From assembly GCF_013215215.1 (NCBI RefSeq), contig NZ_JABSOU010000001.1: a stretch of 64,000 nucleotides of DNA; one strand, written 5' to 3'. Origin of the DNA: Cognatishimia sp. GTDB taxonomy: Bacteria > Pseudomonadota > Alphaproteobacteria > Rhodobacterales > Rhodobacteraceae. A program made the position numbers and the translations under genes. The first letter of the stretch is position 1, and each line of letters begins with the position of its first letter. This document shows, piece by piece, positions 48,578-57,679 of this stretch. The notes beneath the pieces are model-generated. The model did not search any database and was not told the origin of the DNA. It worked only from the letters and a program-made list of their open reading frames with translations.

Positions 48578-49680
48578 TGAAAGTAGATATTGAAATATTA
48601 AAGAAATATGAAGAAAATGGATTGGTTACATGTAAAAAACATAATGATTTTCCTTTGTATATCTGGAATTATACCCAGAAGGTTCAACACAATCCAGAAT
48701 TTTGGGACGGTTATACTAAGATGTGCCGAGGGTTGATAACTACCACAGAAGGTGAGGTAATTGCAAAACCTTTTAGTAAGTTTTTTAATTATAACGATCA
48801 ATACTTGAAAGAGTACTACTTAGAAGTACCAGAAGATTGGAATAATGCATTAATACAAGAGAAAGTAGACGGCAGTCTTGGTATACTGTATTTTTGGGGT
48901 GCTATACCTTATATTGCTACTAGAGGTAGTTTTCATTCTGAGCAGGCGCAAATAGCCACTGAATGGATACACGAAATTAACCTTTCAGATTGTTTAGGTG
49001 ATTTATGGAGAAACGATCATACTCATTTATTTGAAATTATTTATCCTGATAATAGAATCGTAGTTGATTACGGAGATAAAAAAGAATTAAGATACCTATG
49101 TTCTGTAGACGATGATGACAAGACTACCATATTTGACAATTTACCAGAAGCTATAAGTAGAGCTAAAACCTATTCATTAGAAGAATTTAACCAGAAAATG
49201 GAAAACCAACCAAAAGACGGGGCTGCGGAAGAGGGGTTTATAGTAACTTTTCCAGAAGGTAGAGTTAAGTATAAATTTGATGAGTATGTAAAACTTCATT
49301 ATATTTTTACTGGTTTAACAGACTACTCTATATGGGAAAGTACTAAAAATTATTTCTTAGCGAAATCTGAAGATCAGCTTTTAGAGGACAATGTGCCTGA
49401 TGAATATCTATATAAAATAGGTAGTTATAGGGCTAGACTAATAAAAATGTTTTTTACTGTAGAGGACTATTATAAGCAATTATTCCAAAGCCTTAATTTA
49501 GATAAATTGCCTAGCAGGAAAGACCAAGCAGAGTTTATTTTTAGATCCCTGTATCACAGAGGACTAAAAAAAGAAAGATCTGCAATTTTATTTAATATGT
49601 TGGATAAAAAAAGTTATGAATCTATAATTTGGGATATAATAAAGCCTGAGAAAGAAGTAAGAAGCTTTTTGGAGTTATAA
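48577..49680 (+). CDS. RNA ligase 1 (T4 Rnl1-like)
   Basis: Motif I EKVDGSLG; surrounding CRGL…KFFNYN…KVDGSL…RGSFHSEQAQIA resembles T4 Rnl1 from memory; 367 aa; adjacent to Pnk. Confidence 0.8.
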   Translation: MKVDIEILKKYEENGLVTCKKHNDFPLYIWNYTQKVQHNPEFWDGYTKMCRGLITTTEGEVIAKPFSKFFNYNDQYLKEYYLEVPEDWNNALIQEKVDGSLGILYFWGAIPYIATRGSFHSEQAQIATEWIHEINLSDCLGDLWRNDHTHLFEIIYPDNRIVVDYGDKKELRYLCSVDDDDKTTIFDNLPEAISRAKTYSLEEFNQKMENQPKDGAAEEGFIVTFPEGRVKYKFDEYVKLHYIFTGLTDYSIWESTKNYFLAKSEDQLLEDNVPDEYLYKIGSYRARLIKMFFTVEDYYKQLFQSLNLDKLPSRKDQAEFIFRSLYHRGLKKERSAILFNMLDKKSYESIIWDIIKPEKEVRSFLEL

Positions 49681-50058
49681 ATGGTATCAGATAAATTACA
49701 TTTAATATGCGGTAATTGCGGAGCGGACGACCATTGGGAGGGTATAAGCATAGAGGATGGTGTCCCAGTTTTATTAGGACCCATTACTGATACTACTGAG
49801 GCTTATCTTACTTGTGGCAATTGTAGCACTGTTCACCCATTAGGAAAGTATACCCATATAAAAAACGAAACGATAAAATTAAATCCTAAACAGAAAAACT
49901 TAGTATTGCAAGCTTTTTCGTGCGCGTGTAAGTTAATGCATTCTCTACACGATGGTTTATTTATGGTTTTTAATGGTGAAGAATATATTAGTAAATTAGG
50001 TATACAGTTGCAAGAAATAGAAAAAAGGTTAGGTATTAATATAAGTGAAGATGAATAA
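49681..50058 (+). CDS. zinc-finger protein (CGNCG…CGNC), unknown function
   Basis: 125 aa; two CxxC pairs. Confidence 0.4.
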   Translation: MVSDKLHLICGNCGADDHWEGISIEDGVPVLLGPITDTTEAYLTCGNCSTVHPLGKYTHIKNETIKLNPKQKNLVLQAFSCACKLMHSLHDGLFMVFNGEEYISKLGIQLQEIEKRLGINISEDE

Positions 50059-50338
50059 AAAGATTAAAAAAAGAGTAGATAAATTAAGGGAAGTATCCCC
50101 GAATCTTTTAGAAAAATTTAATGATTTAGATTTGTACAGGCTATATGAATCTTATAGCTTATGTGTATATGATGTAGATTGGTTAGAGAACTCTAACGAA
50201 AATCATATATCTAATATGTTATTATTTAGGTATGTTGAAAGCAACAGAGAAGATATGGAAAAAGGTTTTGAAAGTTTACACGAGTGGTTTAGTGAGCTTG
50301 ATAATAAACTAGAAAGAATTAAAGGAGCTTTTTTATGA
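50045..50338 (+). CDS. hypothetical protein
   Basis: 97-aa ORF. Confidence 0.35.
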   Translation: MKMNKKIKKRVDKLREVSPNLLEKFNDLDLYRLYESYSLCVYDVDWLENSNENHISNMLLFRYVESNREDMEKGFESLHEWFSELDNKLERIKGAFL

Positions 50339-51216
50339 TTAAATGCTATTCGATGGGTAAAGAAGTAAAGATACATTGTTTTAGTTATCCCGCAGGTGAA
50401 CCAGGGTTTAGGGTTTATGGACCTAGGGTAGACCTTATCAAAGTGATTCCAGATACTTTAGAGGGTTCCAGTTTATGTAGTGATTTAATAATAGCAGCGC
50501 AATTACTTACTAGGTTTAAAGATGCAGAGCTTCTATTGCCTTACTTGCCTATGAGTAGAGAAGATAGGGCTATGGATAAAAATGGTTATATAACCTCTAT
50601 TGGAAAAGATACTTTAATTAACCAATTGTTTAGTGGGGCTAACAAAATAACTACCTATGACATGCACTCAAGTGCCTGTATTAAAACTGCATTACATCTT
50701 ATAAAAGATATCAAACCAGAACCTGAATTTGATTTAACATATGAAGAATTTGACCCAGATATAGTTATATTTCCAGACGGAGGGGCTAAAGATAGGTATA
50801 ATTATATGTTGGTTGATAGGGCTGATGTAGTTGGGTATGCTACTAAATCTAGAACTGATAATGGTTTAAAAATACACGATGTTACTTGTGTTTGTCAACC
50901 AAACAGCGAGAGTCCTGTTAATTGGCGGGAAAGCTTTATTGATTGGATAGGTATGGAATCTAATTGCAAGAGTGAAGTTAAAATATTAGTAATGGACGAT
51001 ATATGTGATGGAGGGGCTACTTTTATAAAATTAGCTGAATATTTAAAAGAACAGTGTAATATCGTTAGGCTAAATATGGCACTACATGTTAGTCATGGGA
51101 TATTTTCTAAAGGCTTAGATAGTTTATTAGAACATTACAACCATATTTACACTACAGATTCTTTCTGTAATTTCATAGAGCATGAAAAACTAACTAGATA
51201 TAAAATTTTTGATTAA
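50335..51216 (+). CDS. ribose-phosphate pyrophosphokinase (Prs)-family protein; candidate ADP-ribose pyrophosphokinase (Adps) of NARP1
   Basis: 293 aa; PRTase-type PRPP loop VKILVMDDICDGGATF; immediately upstream of Nampt-family gene. Confidence 0.65.
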   Translation: MIKCYSMGKEVKIHCFSYPAGEPGFRVYGPRVDLIKVIPDTLEGSSLCSDLIIAAQLLTRFKDAELLLPYLPMSREDRAMDKNGYITSIGKDTLINQLFSGANKITTYDMHSSACIKTALHLIKDIKPEPEFDLTYEEFDPDIVIFPDGGAKDRYNYMLVDRADVVGYATKSRTDNGLKIHDVTCVCQPNSESPVNWRESFIDWIGMESNCKSEVKILVMDDICDGGATFIKLAEYLKEQCNIVRLNMALHVSHGIFSKGLDSLLEHYNHIYTTDSFCNFIEHEKLTRYKIFD

Positions 51217-51228
51217 AAAGGAGAACAC

Positions 51229-52602
51229 GTGAATTTATTATTATCAACCGACGTATATAAGGTGAGCCACGGAGACCAATACCCTAAAGGCACAACTAAA
51301 GTTTATAGCTATCTATGTGCTAGAAAAGGATTTTCCCAAGAAGAAAGTAAAGTAATATTTTTTGGGTTAAAATACTACCTAGAGAAGTATTTAGCTAAAG
51401 GTATTAGCCATGAAGATATAGATGAATTTATAAAAGTCTATTCTAAAATAGCCCCTTTAACTAAAGAAACTATAGATAGAATGTGTTATGTAGCTGACTT
51501 AGGTTATTTACCTATCAGAGTAAAGGCGCTACCTGAATTTGAGGAATATCATACTTTTACCCCTTTATTAACCATTACTAATACAGATCCCAATGCTTAT
51601 TGGTTAGTTAACTATATAGAAGGTCTCATGTTAAAGCTTTGGTATCCTTGTAGCGTTGCTACTAAGAGCAAGAAATATTTTAATATTGCTAAGTCTTATA
51701 CTGGAGAAACTTGTGATGATGGTGAACATCTTCCGTACGCTGTACATGATTTTGGGTATAGGTCAGTTAGTTCCGAAGAATCTTCTATGTTAGGAGGGGC
51801 AGCACATCTAGTTAATTTCAAAGGTTCAGATAATATATTAGGCGAGTATATGCTTAACAAATACTACCAACTAGAAGGTGCTAAGTCAGTGCCAGCATCG
51901 GAGCATAGTGTTATGTGCAGTCATGGTAAAGAAGACGAATTTAAATCATTTGAAAGGATGCTAGATCTTTACCCTACTGGAATTGTCAGTATAGTTTCAG
52001 ATACCTATGATTTATGGAATGTGTTAGAGAATTTTACAGATAGATTATCTGATAGAATACTTAAAAGAGAAGGTAAGGTGGTATTTCGCCCGGATTCTGG
52101 ATTACCAGAAGATATAATATGTGGTAATCCTTATAGTTATGACCCTAGTGAAGTAAAAGGTGCATTAAATATCCTATGGGATAAATTTGGTGGTAGAGTC
52201 AATAAAAAAGGCTATAAAATTCTAAACCCGAAAGTAGGTTTAATTTATGGAGAAGGCATAACTTTAGAAAGGTACGAAAGAATTTTATTAAGAATGAAAA
52301 ATATGGGATTTGCCTCTTCTAATTTAACTATAGGTGTTGGTGGGTTAATGCTACAAAACAATTCTAGAGATGATTATGGCTTCGCACAAAAAACTACCTA
52401 CATAGAGGTCAACGGGGAGCCTAGGAATGTATTCAAAGACCCCATAACAGATAGAAAGAAGAAGTCCCATAAAGGTTTACTTAGTGTAGAGGAATCACAT
52501 ATATCTGGGATACATACATTAGATGTCACAGAAGAGTGTTCTTGGGAAAAAGAGAAAGAAGGTCTTTTAAAAACAGTGTTTTTAGATGGTAAGCTATGTT
52601 AA
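51229..52602 (+). CDS. nadV: nicotinamide phosphoribosyltransferase family protein (NadV/Nampt; possibly Namat of NARP1)
   Basis: N-terminus MNLLLSTDVYKVSHGDQYPKGTTKVYSYLCAR matches Nampt N-terminal signature; 457 aa. Confidence 0.85.
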   Translation: MNLLLSTDVYKVSHGDQYPKGTTKVYSYLCARKGFSQEESKVIFFGLKYYLEKYLAKGISHEDIDEFIKVYSKIAPLTKETIDRMCYVADLGYLPIRVKALPEFEEYHTFTPLLTITNTDPNAYWLVNYIEGLMLKLWYPCSVATKSKKYFNIAKSYTGETCDDGEHLPYAVHDFGYRSVSSEESSMLGGAAHLVNFKGSDNILGEYMLNKYYQLEGAKSVPASEHSVMCSHGKEDEFKSFERMLDLYPTGIVSIVSDTYDLWNVLENFTDRLSDRILKREGKVVFRPDSGLPEDIICGNPYSYDPSEVKGALNILWDKFGGRVNKKGYKILNPKVGLIYGEGITLERYERILLRMKNMGFASSNLTIGVGGLMLQNNSRDDYGFAQKTTYIEVNGEPRNVFKDPITDRKKKSHKGLLSVEESHISGIHTLDVTEECSWEKEKEGLLKTVFLDGKLC

Positions 52603-52918
52603 TATAGTTAATATAGTTAATATGTCTAAAAAACAAGTTAATTGCGAGAAATGTGGTAGAGAGGTATACATGGACACTGAATGGGCTGGGCTTACCCCTC
52701 CTAAACCCAGTGACTACTGCCCTACTTGTAGCCCATTAAAAAGCTTAGATATATTATCTAAGAAAGTAGAAGAGAGTTTAGGTTTTGAACGTACCCCTAA
52801 CACTTTACAAGCATGGGAATCTTTAACTACTAAAGCTAAAGCAGAATCCCAAGCAGAGTATGATTACTGGTATAACAAGAAAAAAGCAGAGCTAGAAGGA
52901 CAAGACCATAACTTATAA
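52586..52918 (+). CDS. zinc-ribbon protein (likely start ATG 52622, MSKKQVNCEKCG…)
   Basis: CEKCG…CPTCSP four-Cys ribbon; 98-110 aa. Confidence 0.4.
   Translation: MVSYVNIVNIVNMSKKQVNCEKCGREVYMDTEWAGLTPPKPSDYCPTCSPLKSLDILSKKVEESLGFERTPNTLQAWESLTTKAKAESQAEYDYWYNKKKAELEGQDHNL
52593..52619. repeat. tandem repeat (ATAGTTAAT)x3 spanning nadV stop/next-gene start
   Basis: gttaatATAGTTAATATAGTTAATATg read directly. Confidence 0.7.
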
Positions 52919-53000
52919 GAACTCAAAAATAAAAATAAAAATAAGCCATGGGTATAATTTATAATTTATGTTATTATAAAAGACGTTAAAAGGAGAAATA

Positions 53001-54347
53001 ATGGAAATAACCATATCATTATTAATAATTACAGTTGTCGGGGTTTTCGCCCTTGTTTCGGTTGCTACAGCTTTTAGAAGAGTAGTAAATACTAATATGG
53101 TACATATTGTCCAAGAGAAAAAACAAACTACAGTATATGGTAAAGATACAGAAAACGGTAACGTTTACTATGATTGGCCTAGTTGGGTTCCCGTTATAGG
53201 TGTTACTAAGACGGTAATGCCCGTGTCAGTGTTCGATATCAGCCTCAATAATTATGAAGCTTATGATAAAGGTAGACTTCCTTTTGTGATTGATATTAAA
53301 GCTTTCTTTAGAGTTTCAGATGCAAACACAGCAGCCCAAAGAGTATCTAATTTTAATGAGTTAGAAAAACATTTAGCAGCGGTACTTCAGGGATCAGCTA
53401 GAACTTTATTAGCGAAATCCGACATAGAAACTATTATGGAAGATAGGGCTAGTTTTGGCGATTCTTTTACAGAAGAAGTTAGTGAGCAGCTAAAATCTTG
53501 GGGTGTTAAAACGGTTAAGAATATTGAATTAATGGATATCAGGGATACTGGCGATAGTCATGTAATTTCAAATATTATGAAAAAGAAGAAATCTTTTATT
53601 GAGATGGAATCTAGGGTTGAAGTTGCTAAGAATAAACAACAAGCCAGTGTTGCAGAGATAGAAGCTGATAAAGAAGTTAAATTCCAACAAGAAGCTGCCG
53701 ACCAAGTAGTGGGTTTACGTAAAGTAGAAAACCAAAGAGAAGTTTCTTTAGCTAATGAGGAAGCTGTACAAGCGGTTGCTGATCAATCTAAGATAACTAC
53801 AGAAAAAGAAATGGCTGTTAAGCGTGTTCAAGAAGTAGAAAGATCTAGGATTGATAAAGATGTTCAAATAGTCCAAGCTGAACAAGAAAAAGAAAAGTCT
53901 ATAATTATTGCTAAAGGTAATAAAGAACAGACTATCTTAGTTGCAGACGGTAAGAAAGAAGCTAAGTTACTTGAGGCTCAAGGTATTGAGGCTGAAGGTA
54001 ATGCTAGAGCTTCTGCTGAAAAAGAAATGCAAAGAGCTCCAGTAGAGGCTAAAATTGAACTAGCGAAAGAAATTGGTAGTAATACTGGTTACCAACAATA
54101 TCTAATTGAGGTTAGAAAAGTAGAGGCTTCTGAGGCTGTTGGTATCGAACAAGCCAAGGCTTTACAAGATGCTGAGATTAAGGTGATTACAAATTCTAAT
54201 TCACCTAATTCAGGGTTAGACAACGTGATGGATTTATTTAGCTCTAAAGGAGGTACTCAAGTGGGTGCTATGTTAGAGGGTTTATCCAATACTGAAACTG
54301 GTCAAAAAGTCTTAGACCATTTAAATAAAGACAAGAAAAAGAAGTAG
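53001..54347 (+). CDS. flotillin-like SPFH/band-7 domain membrane protein
   Basis: 448 aa; N-terminal TM helix, SPFH-like core, then ~200 aa of EA/KE-rich coiled-coil repeats typical of flotillin domain; SD AAAGGAGAAATAATG. Confidence 0.65.
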   Translation: MEITISLLIITVVGVFALVSVATAFRRVVNTNMVHIVQEKKQTTVYGKDTENGNVYYDWPSWVPVIGVTKTVMPVSVFDISLNNYEAYDKGRLPFVIDIKAFFRVSDANTAAQRVSNFNELEKHLAAVLQGSARTLLAKSDIETIMEDRASFGDSFTEEVSEQLKSWGVKTVKNIELMDIRDTGDSHVISNIMKKKKSFIEMESRVEVAKNKQQASVAEIEADKEVKFQQEAADQVVGLRKVENQREVSLANEEAVQAVADQSKITTEKEMAVKRVQEVERSRIDKDVQIVQAEQEKEKSIIIAKGNKEQTILVADGKKEAKLLEAQGIEAEGNARASAEKEMQRAPVEAKIELAKEIGSNTGYQQYLIEVRKVEASEAVGIEQAKALQDAEIKVITNSNSPNSGLDNVMDLFSSKGGTQVGAMLEGLSNTETGQKVLDHLNKDKKKK

Positions 54348-54358
54348 ATAAAAAATAT

Positions 54359-54390
54359 AGGGCGTAGAATTTACTGCGCCCTTTTTATAT
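54359..54390 (+). terminator. Rho-independent terminator after flotillin-like gene
   Basis: AGGGCG-(12-nt loop)-CGCCCT followed by TTTTTATAT. Confidence 0.7.
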
Positions 54391-54406
54391 TATAAGGAAT
54401 TAATAA

Positions 54407-54823
54407 TTGTTTAAAGACCCGACACCCCACTTAAATCAAGAAGCTTTAGACATACTACTCAATGAGGGGTTCGAATATAATCCTAGTTATAGTGCCTACG
54501 TAAGGTTTAACTATGGGCCTCACCCATTAGACCATAACAGGAAACTACCAGAACCTTATCTTATGGAGATGGTAACTTATTCAGATAAAGAAGAGGATAT
54601 AGATTGGGAAGGCCCAGGTCTATATTGGGGTAGGATACCCTTGAAGAATAAAGAAGATAATTTATGGCTATACAATAGGGATAAACTTTGTTTAGGGCTA
54701 GAAGAACCCTTAGAGATAAAGCCTTTGATTAATAGGCATTACTGCATGGCTCTACATGAAACTTTTTTAGAAGCAAATAAAGAAAGTATACATAGGTCTG
54801 TATTAAACTCTATAAGTTTTTAA
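54407..54823 (+). CDS. hypothetical protein
   Basis: 138-aa ORF. Confidence 0.4.
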   Translation: MFKDPTPHLNQEALDILLNEGFEYNPSYSAYVRFNYGPHPLDHNRKLPEPYLMEMVTYSDKEEDIDWEGPGLYWGRIPLKNKEDNLWLYNRDKLCLGLEEPLEIKPLINRHYCMALHETFLEANKESIHRSVLNSISF

Positions 54824-55389
54824 TTAAACCATTTAAAGTCTTTTTTACATTTATTAGGTTCAGAGAAGAATCTTCTTAGAGCAGAGAATAAAACCGCTAC
54901 CTCAGACTTACTATTAGATTTCTGTTTTTCTGCTTTAACTATAGTAGTAAGTTTACCTCCGTAAAAGTAAATTAAACCCCAACTTTCAGGTAATTCGTCT
55001 TCCTTTATTAACCCTTCTGGGCAAACATAATATCGGTAATCTCCCATACCCATATGCGGGTATTGCCTAAAAAATTTTCTTGAGTCAGCTTTAAAATCGC
55101 TTCTAGAAGTTTTAATTTCACATAAGCAGGTCCTACCCCCTTGAGAAACACCTAAAACATCCGCTACTTCCCCAGTAGAATGGCAAGCCACAAAATCTTT
55201 AAGCACTACACTATAACCACCGTTTTGACTTCTTTTTATATAGTTGGCAGTTTTGTCTATTAATTCAGAGTGGAGTTTTTTAGTGTTAGTAAAAAGCCTT
55301 TTAGTAGCTTTTTTCTTTATCTTTTTTAGAAAAGCCATATCTATCTTCTCTCCATACCTAAACACTTTAAAAAATACTTCATTTCCCAA
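54820..55389 (-). CDS. hypothetical protein, possible PD-(D/E)xK nuclease fold
   Basis: 189 aa; D…(14 aa)…CEIK arrangement (ADVLGVSQGGRTCLCEIKTSRSD) resembles D-x(n)-E-x-K nuclease core. Confidence 0.3.
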   Translation of the reverse strand: MGNEVFFKVFRYGEKIDMAFLKKIKKKATKRLFTNTKKLHSELIDKTANYIKRSQNGGYSVVLKDFVACHSTGEVADVLGVSQGGRTCLCEIKTSRSDFKADSRKFFRQYPHMGMGDYRYYVCPEGLIKEDELPESWGLIYFYGGKLTTIVKAEKQKSNSKSEVAVLFSALRRFFSEPNKCKKDFKWFN

Positions 55390-56114
55390 GAATCGTACAG
55401 AGATTTAACATATACTCTAGGTTTTCTATATCTGTGGGCTTTGTTTTTAATATGGGCTTTGGCTGCACCCATAGTTAAAAACCATGTTTGATCTTCATAA
55501 CTATATTCTATTAACTTGGCCTCATATTTTTTATCATAAAGCTCTTCTGCTATTGAAACTAACTCGTCTAGGTCTAGAAGAGGAGAATATAGATTTTCTA
55601 GATGCTCTATCAATTGTAGGTCTTCATCTTCTATTTCCTGCATATAATATACAGGGCCTTCGTAATCATTTTCTTCTAACTCTTGGTTATGTTGTTGGTT
55701 TTCTTCGTATTCATCTTGATAAGATTCTACACCTTTTAACAACTCTTCTATAGTGCAATCACCTTTTAGTGAAAGCTTGTTATACGTATCCTCTAAAAGA
55801 AATTTACAATGCTCTATTAGGTCTTCCTTAAGACTTTCATAATCTTGGGATTCACAATCAGAGGTGCAAAAAATCTCATACTCTCTTAGGGAGTATGAAT
55901 CCTCACCCTCTTCTGATTCTTGTGGGTCTAGTACAGCGTTAAAACATAATGATTGCACTACATATATAGGGTAAGCAGTTCCTACCACATCTTGTGTTTG
56001 GTATTCTTTGATAATACCCCTAAATTTTTGAGGTACATAAATTAAACCTAATTCTTGGGTAATTAAATTGCTTATGTAACTATGTATTTTGTTAATTAAG
56101 TAGTTGATCTTCAT
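55341..56114 (-). CDS. hypothetical highly acidic protein
   Basis: 257 aa with long Asp/Glu-rich segments. Confidence 0.4.
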   Translation of the reverse strand: MKINYLINKIHSYISNLITQELGLIYVPQKFRGIIKEYQTQDVVGTAYPIYVVQSLCFNAVLDPQESEEGEDSYSLREYEIFCTSDCESQDYESLKEDLIEHCKFLLEDTYNKLSLKGDCTIEELLKGVESYQDEYEENQQHNQELEENDYEGPVYYMQEIEDEDLQLIEHLENLYSPLLDLDELVSIAEELYDKKYEAKLIEYSYEDQTWFLTMGAAKAHIKNKAHRYRKPRVYVKSLYDSWEMKYFLKCLGMERR

Positions 56115-56301
56115 ATGTTTCCTTTAATTTTTGTTGTAGTTTAGTATAATAAACAGGCTTATCTATTTGTAGTGGGATTCCTAGAATCCTATCTATATCT
56201 TCTTTTTTAAGCTCTTTGTTTTCACAAAGATCTTGAAAAGTGCGTCTTCGTTCAAGTGTTTCAATAATTTCCCAGTTTTGTTTCATTTTTTTATAGAACA
56301 A
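56092..56301 (-). CDS. hypothetical protein
   Basis: 69-aa ORF. Confidence 0.3.
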   Translation of the reverse strand: MFYKKMKQNWEIIETLERRRTFQDLCENKELKKEDIDRILGIPLQIDKPVYYTKLQQKLKETYEDQLLN

Positions 56302-57002
56302 ATTAAATCTAGTTCATAAGTAAAACTATTACTTGTAAGCCTAAGCAAAAACTCTTCAATATGTACTCGCAACCATTTTACGACCTCTTGCTCTGGTGGG
56401 TTACGAAGTTTAGTATTATAGTAGCTATATGTTGTGTCAAGAAAGCCAACATTAGTCAACGTAACTATTACTCCGCTAGGCAAAGATAAACAAGCTTCGA
56501 GACTATCACCCGTAGGATTAAAAGCTACTCTAATATCGTTGGGGTTTAAAGAAAATAGAAGTTTTTCGATACAATCACTAACCACTCCACGATCTAGGTG
56601 TTTTACAATTTTATCTAAAAGATCTCTTTGGTAGTTTACCCCTTGAGAGATTTTTATAATTTTATCCCTAAATATCTTACTTGATAAATAACCTTTTTGG
56701 TTTTCAAAATAATCCCGAAAATCTGAGTAAATATAGGATTTAATTATAGATGAGTGGTGTAATATAATAGGTAATATACTCAAAGCCCCAAGGTTAGAGC
56801 CTTTCACACAATTAATAAAAGGCTCTATATTAACCCGCATACTATCCTTATAGTGGTAAGGATTACCCATTTTTATATCTATTGAAGGAGGGGATAACTT
56901 ATCTGAGCAAGAATATACCACCTCTGTGGTCTTATATTCAAATAAATTATGCCACATCTCGTAAAGATTAATATTTAAGGGTTTTAGGTCGTCTATTAGC
57001 AT
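56283..57002 (-). CDS. hypothetical protein
   Basis: 239-aa ORF. Confidence 0.4.
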   Translation of the reverse strand: MLIDDLKPLNINLYEMWHNLFEYKTTEVVYSCSDKLSPPSIDIKMGNPYHYKDSMRVNIEPFINCVKGSNLGALSILPIILHHSSIIKSYIYSDFRDYFENQKGYLSSKIFRDKIIKISQGVNYQRDLLDKIVKHLDRGVVSDCIEKLLFSLNPNDIRVAFNPTGDSLEACLSLPSGVIVTLTNVGFLDTTYSYYNTKLRNPPEQEVVKWLRVHIEEFLLRLTSNSFTYELDLICSIKK

Positions 57003-57646
57003 TACTTACTGTGTTTACCATAAGCTTTTAAAAGCTCTTTACGCTCTTCTTTAGACTCTATTATTTGGTTTTGTAATTGCTTAGTAAATTCTGTCGTAGC
57101 TTCTCTATATTGGTTAAAAAACCCGTCCTTGTCTTTTATCGTAGCGTTTAGTGAGTCTATCTCTTTTTCTTTAGCCTTTATATCGTGTTGATATTTTAAG
57201 GAAAGTTTTTCATAGTCTAACTGCATCTTTTGCAAAGCTTCACTGGACTCTGCCATAGTCTTACTTCTTAGAGCACTTAATTCCTCTTTAGCAGCGACTA
57301 TATCTGAGTTAACTTGCGCTATAGTATTTTGGTGCTTAGTTATCTCTTTCCCATATTCTAGTTCTACCTCAGACTTAACTCTAGATAATCTATTTTCTAA
57401 GTCAGTTATAGTTTTTTCGCTAGTCAATTTGCAGTTAGTTAGTTTAGATTCATATTCCGCTTTTTGAGTAGCTAAAGCAAGTTCTTTATCGGTTTCATAT
57501 ACCTCATTTTTCTTCTCTAATTCGGCACATTTATCCTCTAGTTTTTCACACTTACGCTCAAGTATACTTTTTTCGCCTTTAAGCCCATCTATAGTATTGT
57601 TAAGTAATTCTTTGAGTTCTCTTAATTCTTTATCGTTTCCAAACAT
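57002..57646 (-). CDS. hypothetical coiled-coil protein
   Basis: 214 aa, continuous heptad-like KE-rich sequence. Confidence 0.4.
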   Translation of the reverse strand: MFGNDKELRELKELLNNTIDGLKGEKSILERKCEKLEDKCAELEKKNEVYETDKELALATQKAEYESKLTNCKLTSEKTITDLENRLSRVKSEVELEYGKEITKHQNTIAQVNSDIVAAKEELSALRSKTMAESSEALQKMQLDYEKLSLKYQHDIKAKEKEIDSLNATIKDKDGFFNQYREATTEFTKQLQNQIIESKEERKELLKAYGKHSK

Positions 57647-57679
57647 TTTTATTTCTCCTTTATTTTTATAATAGCATAG

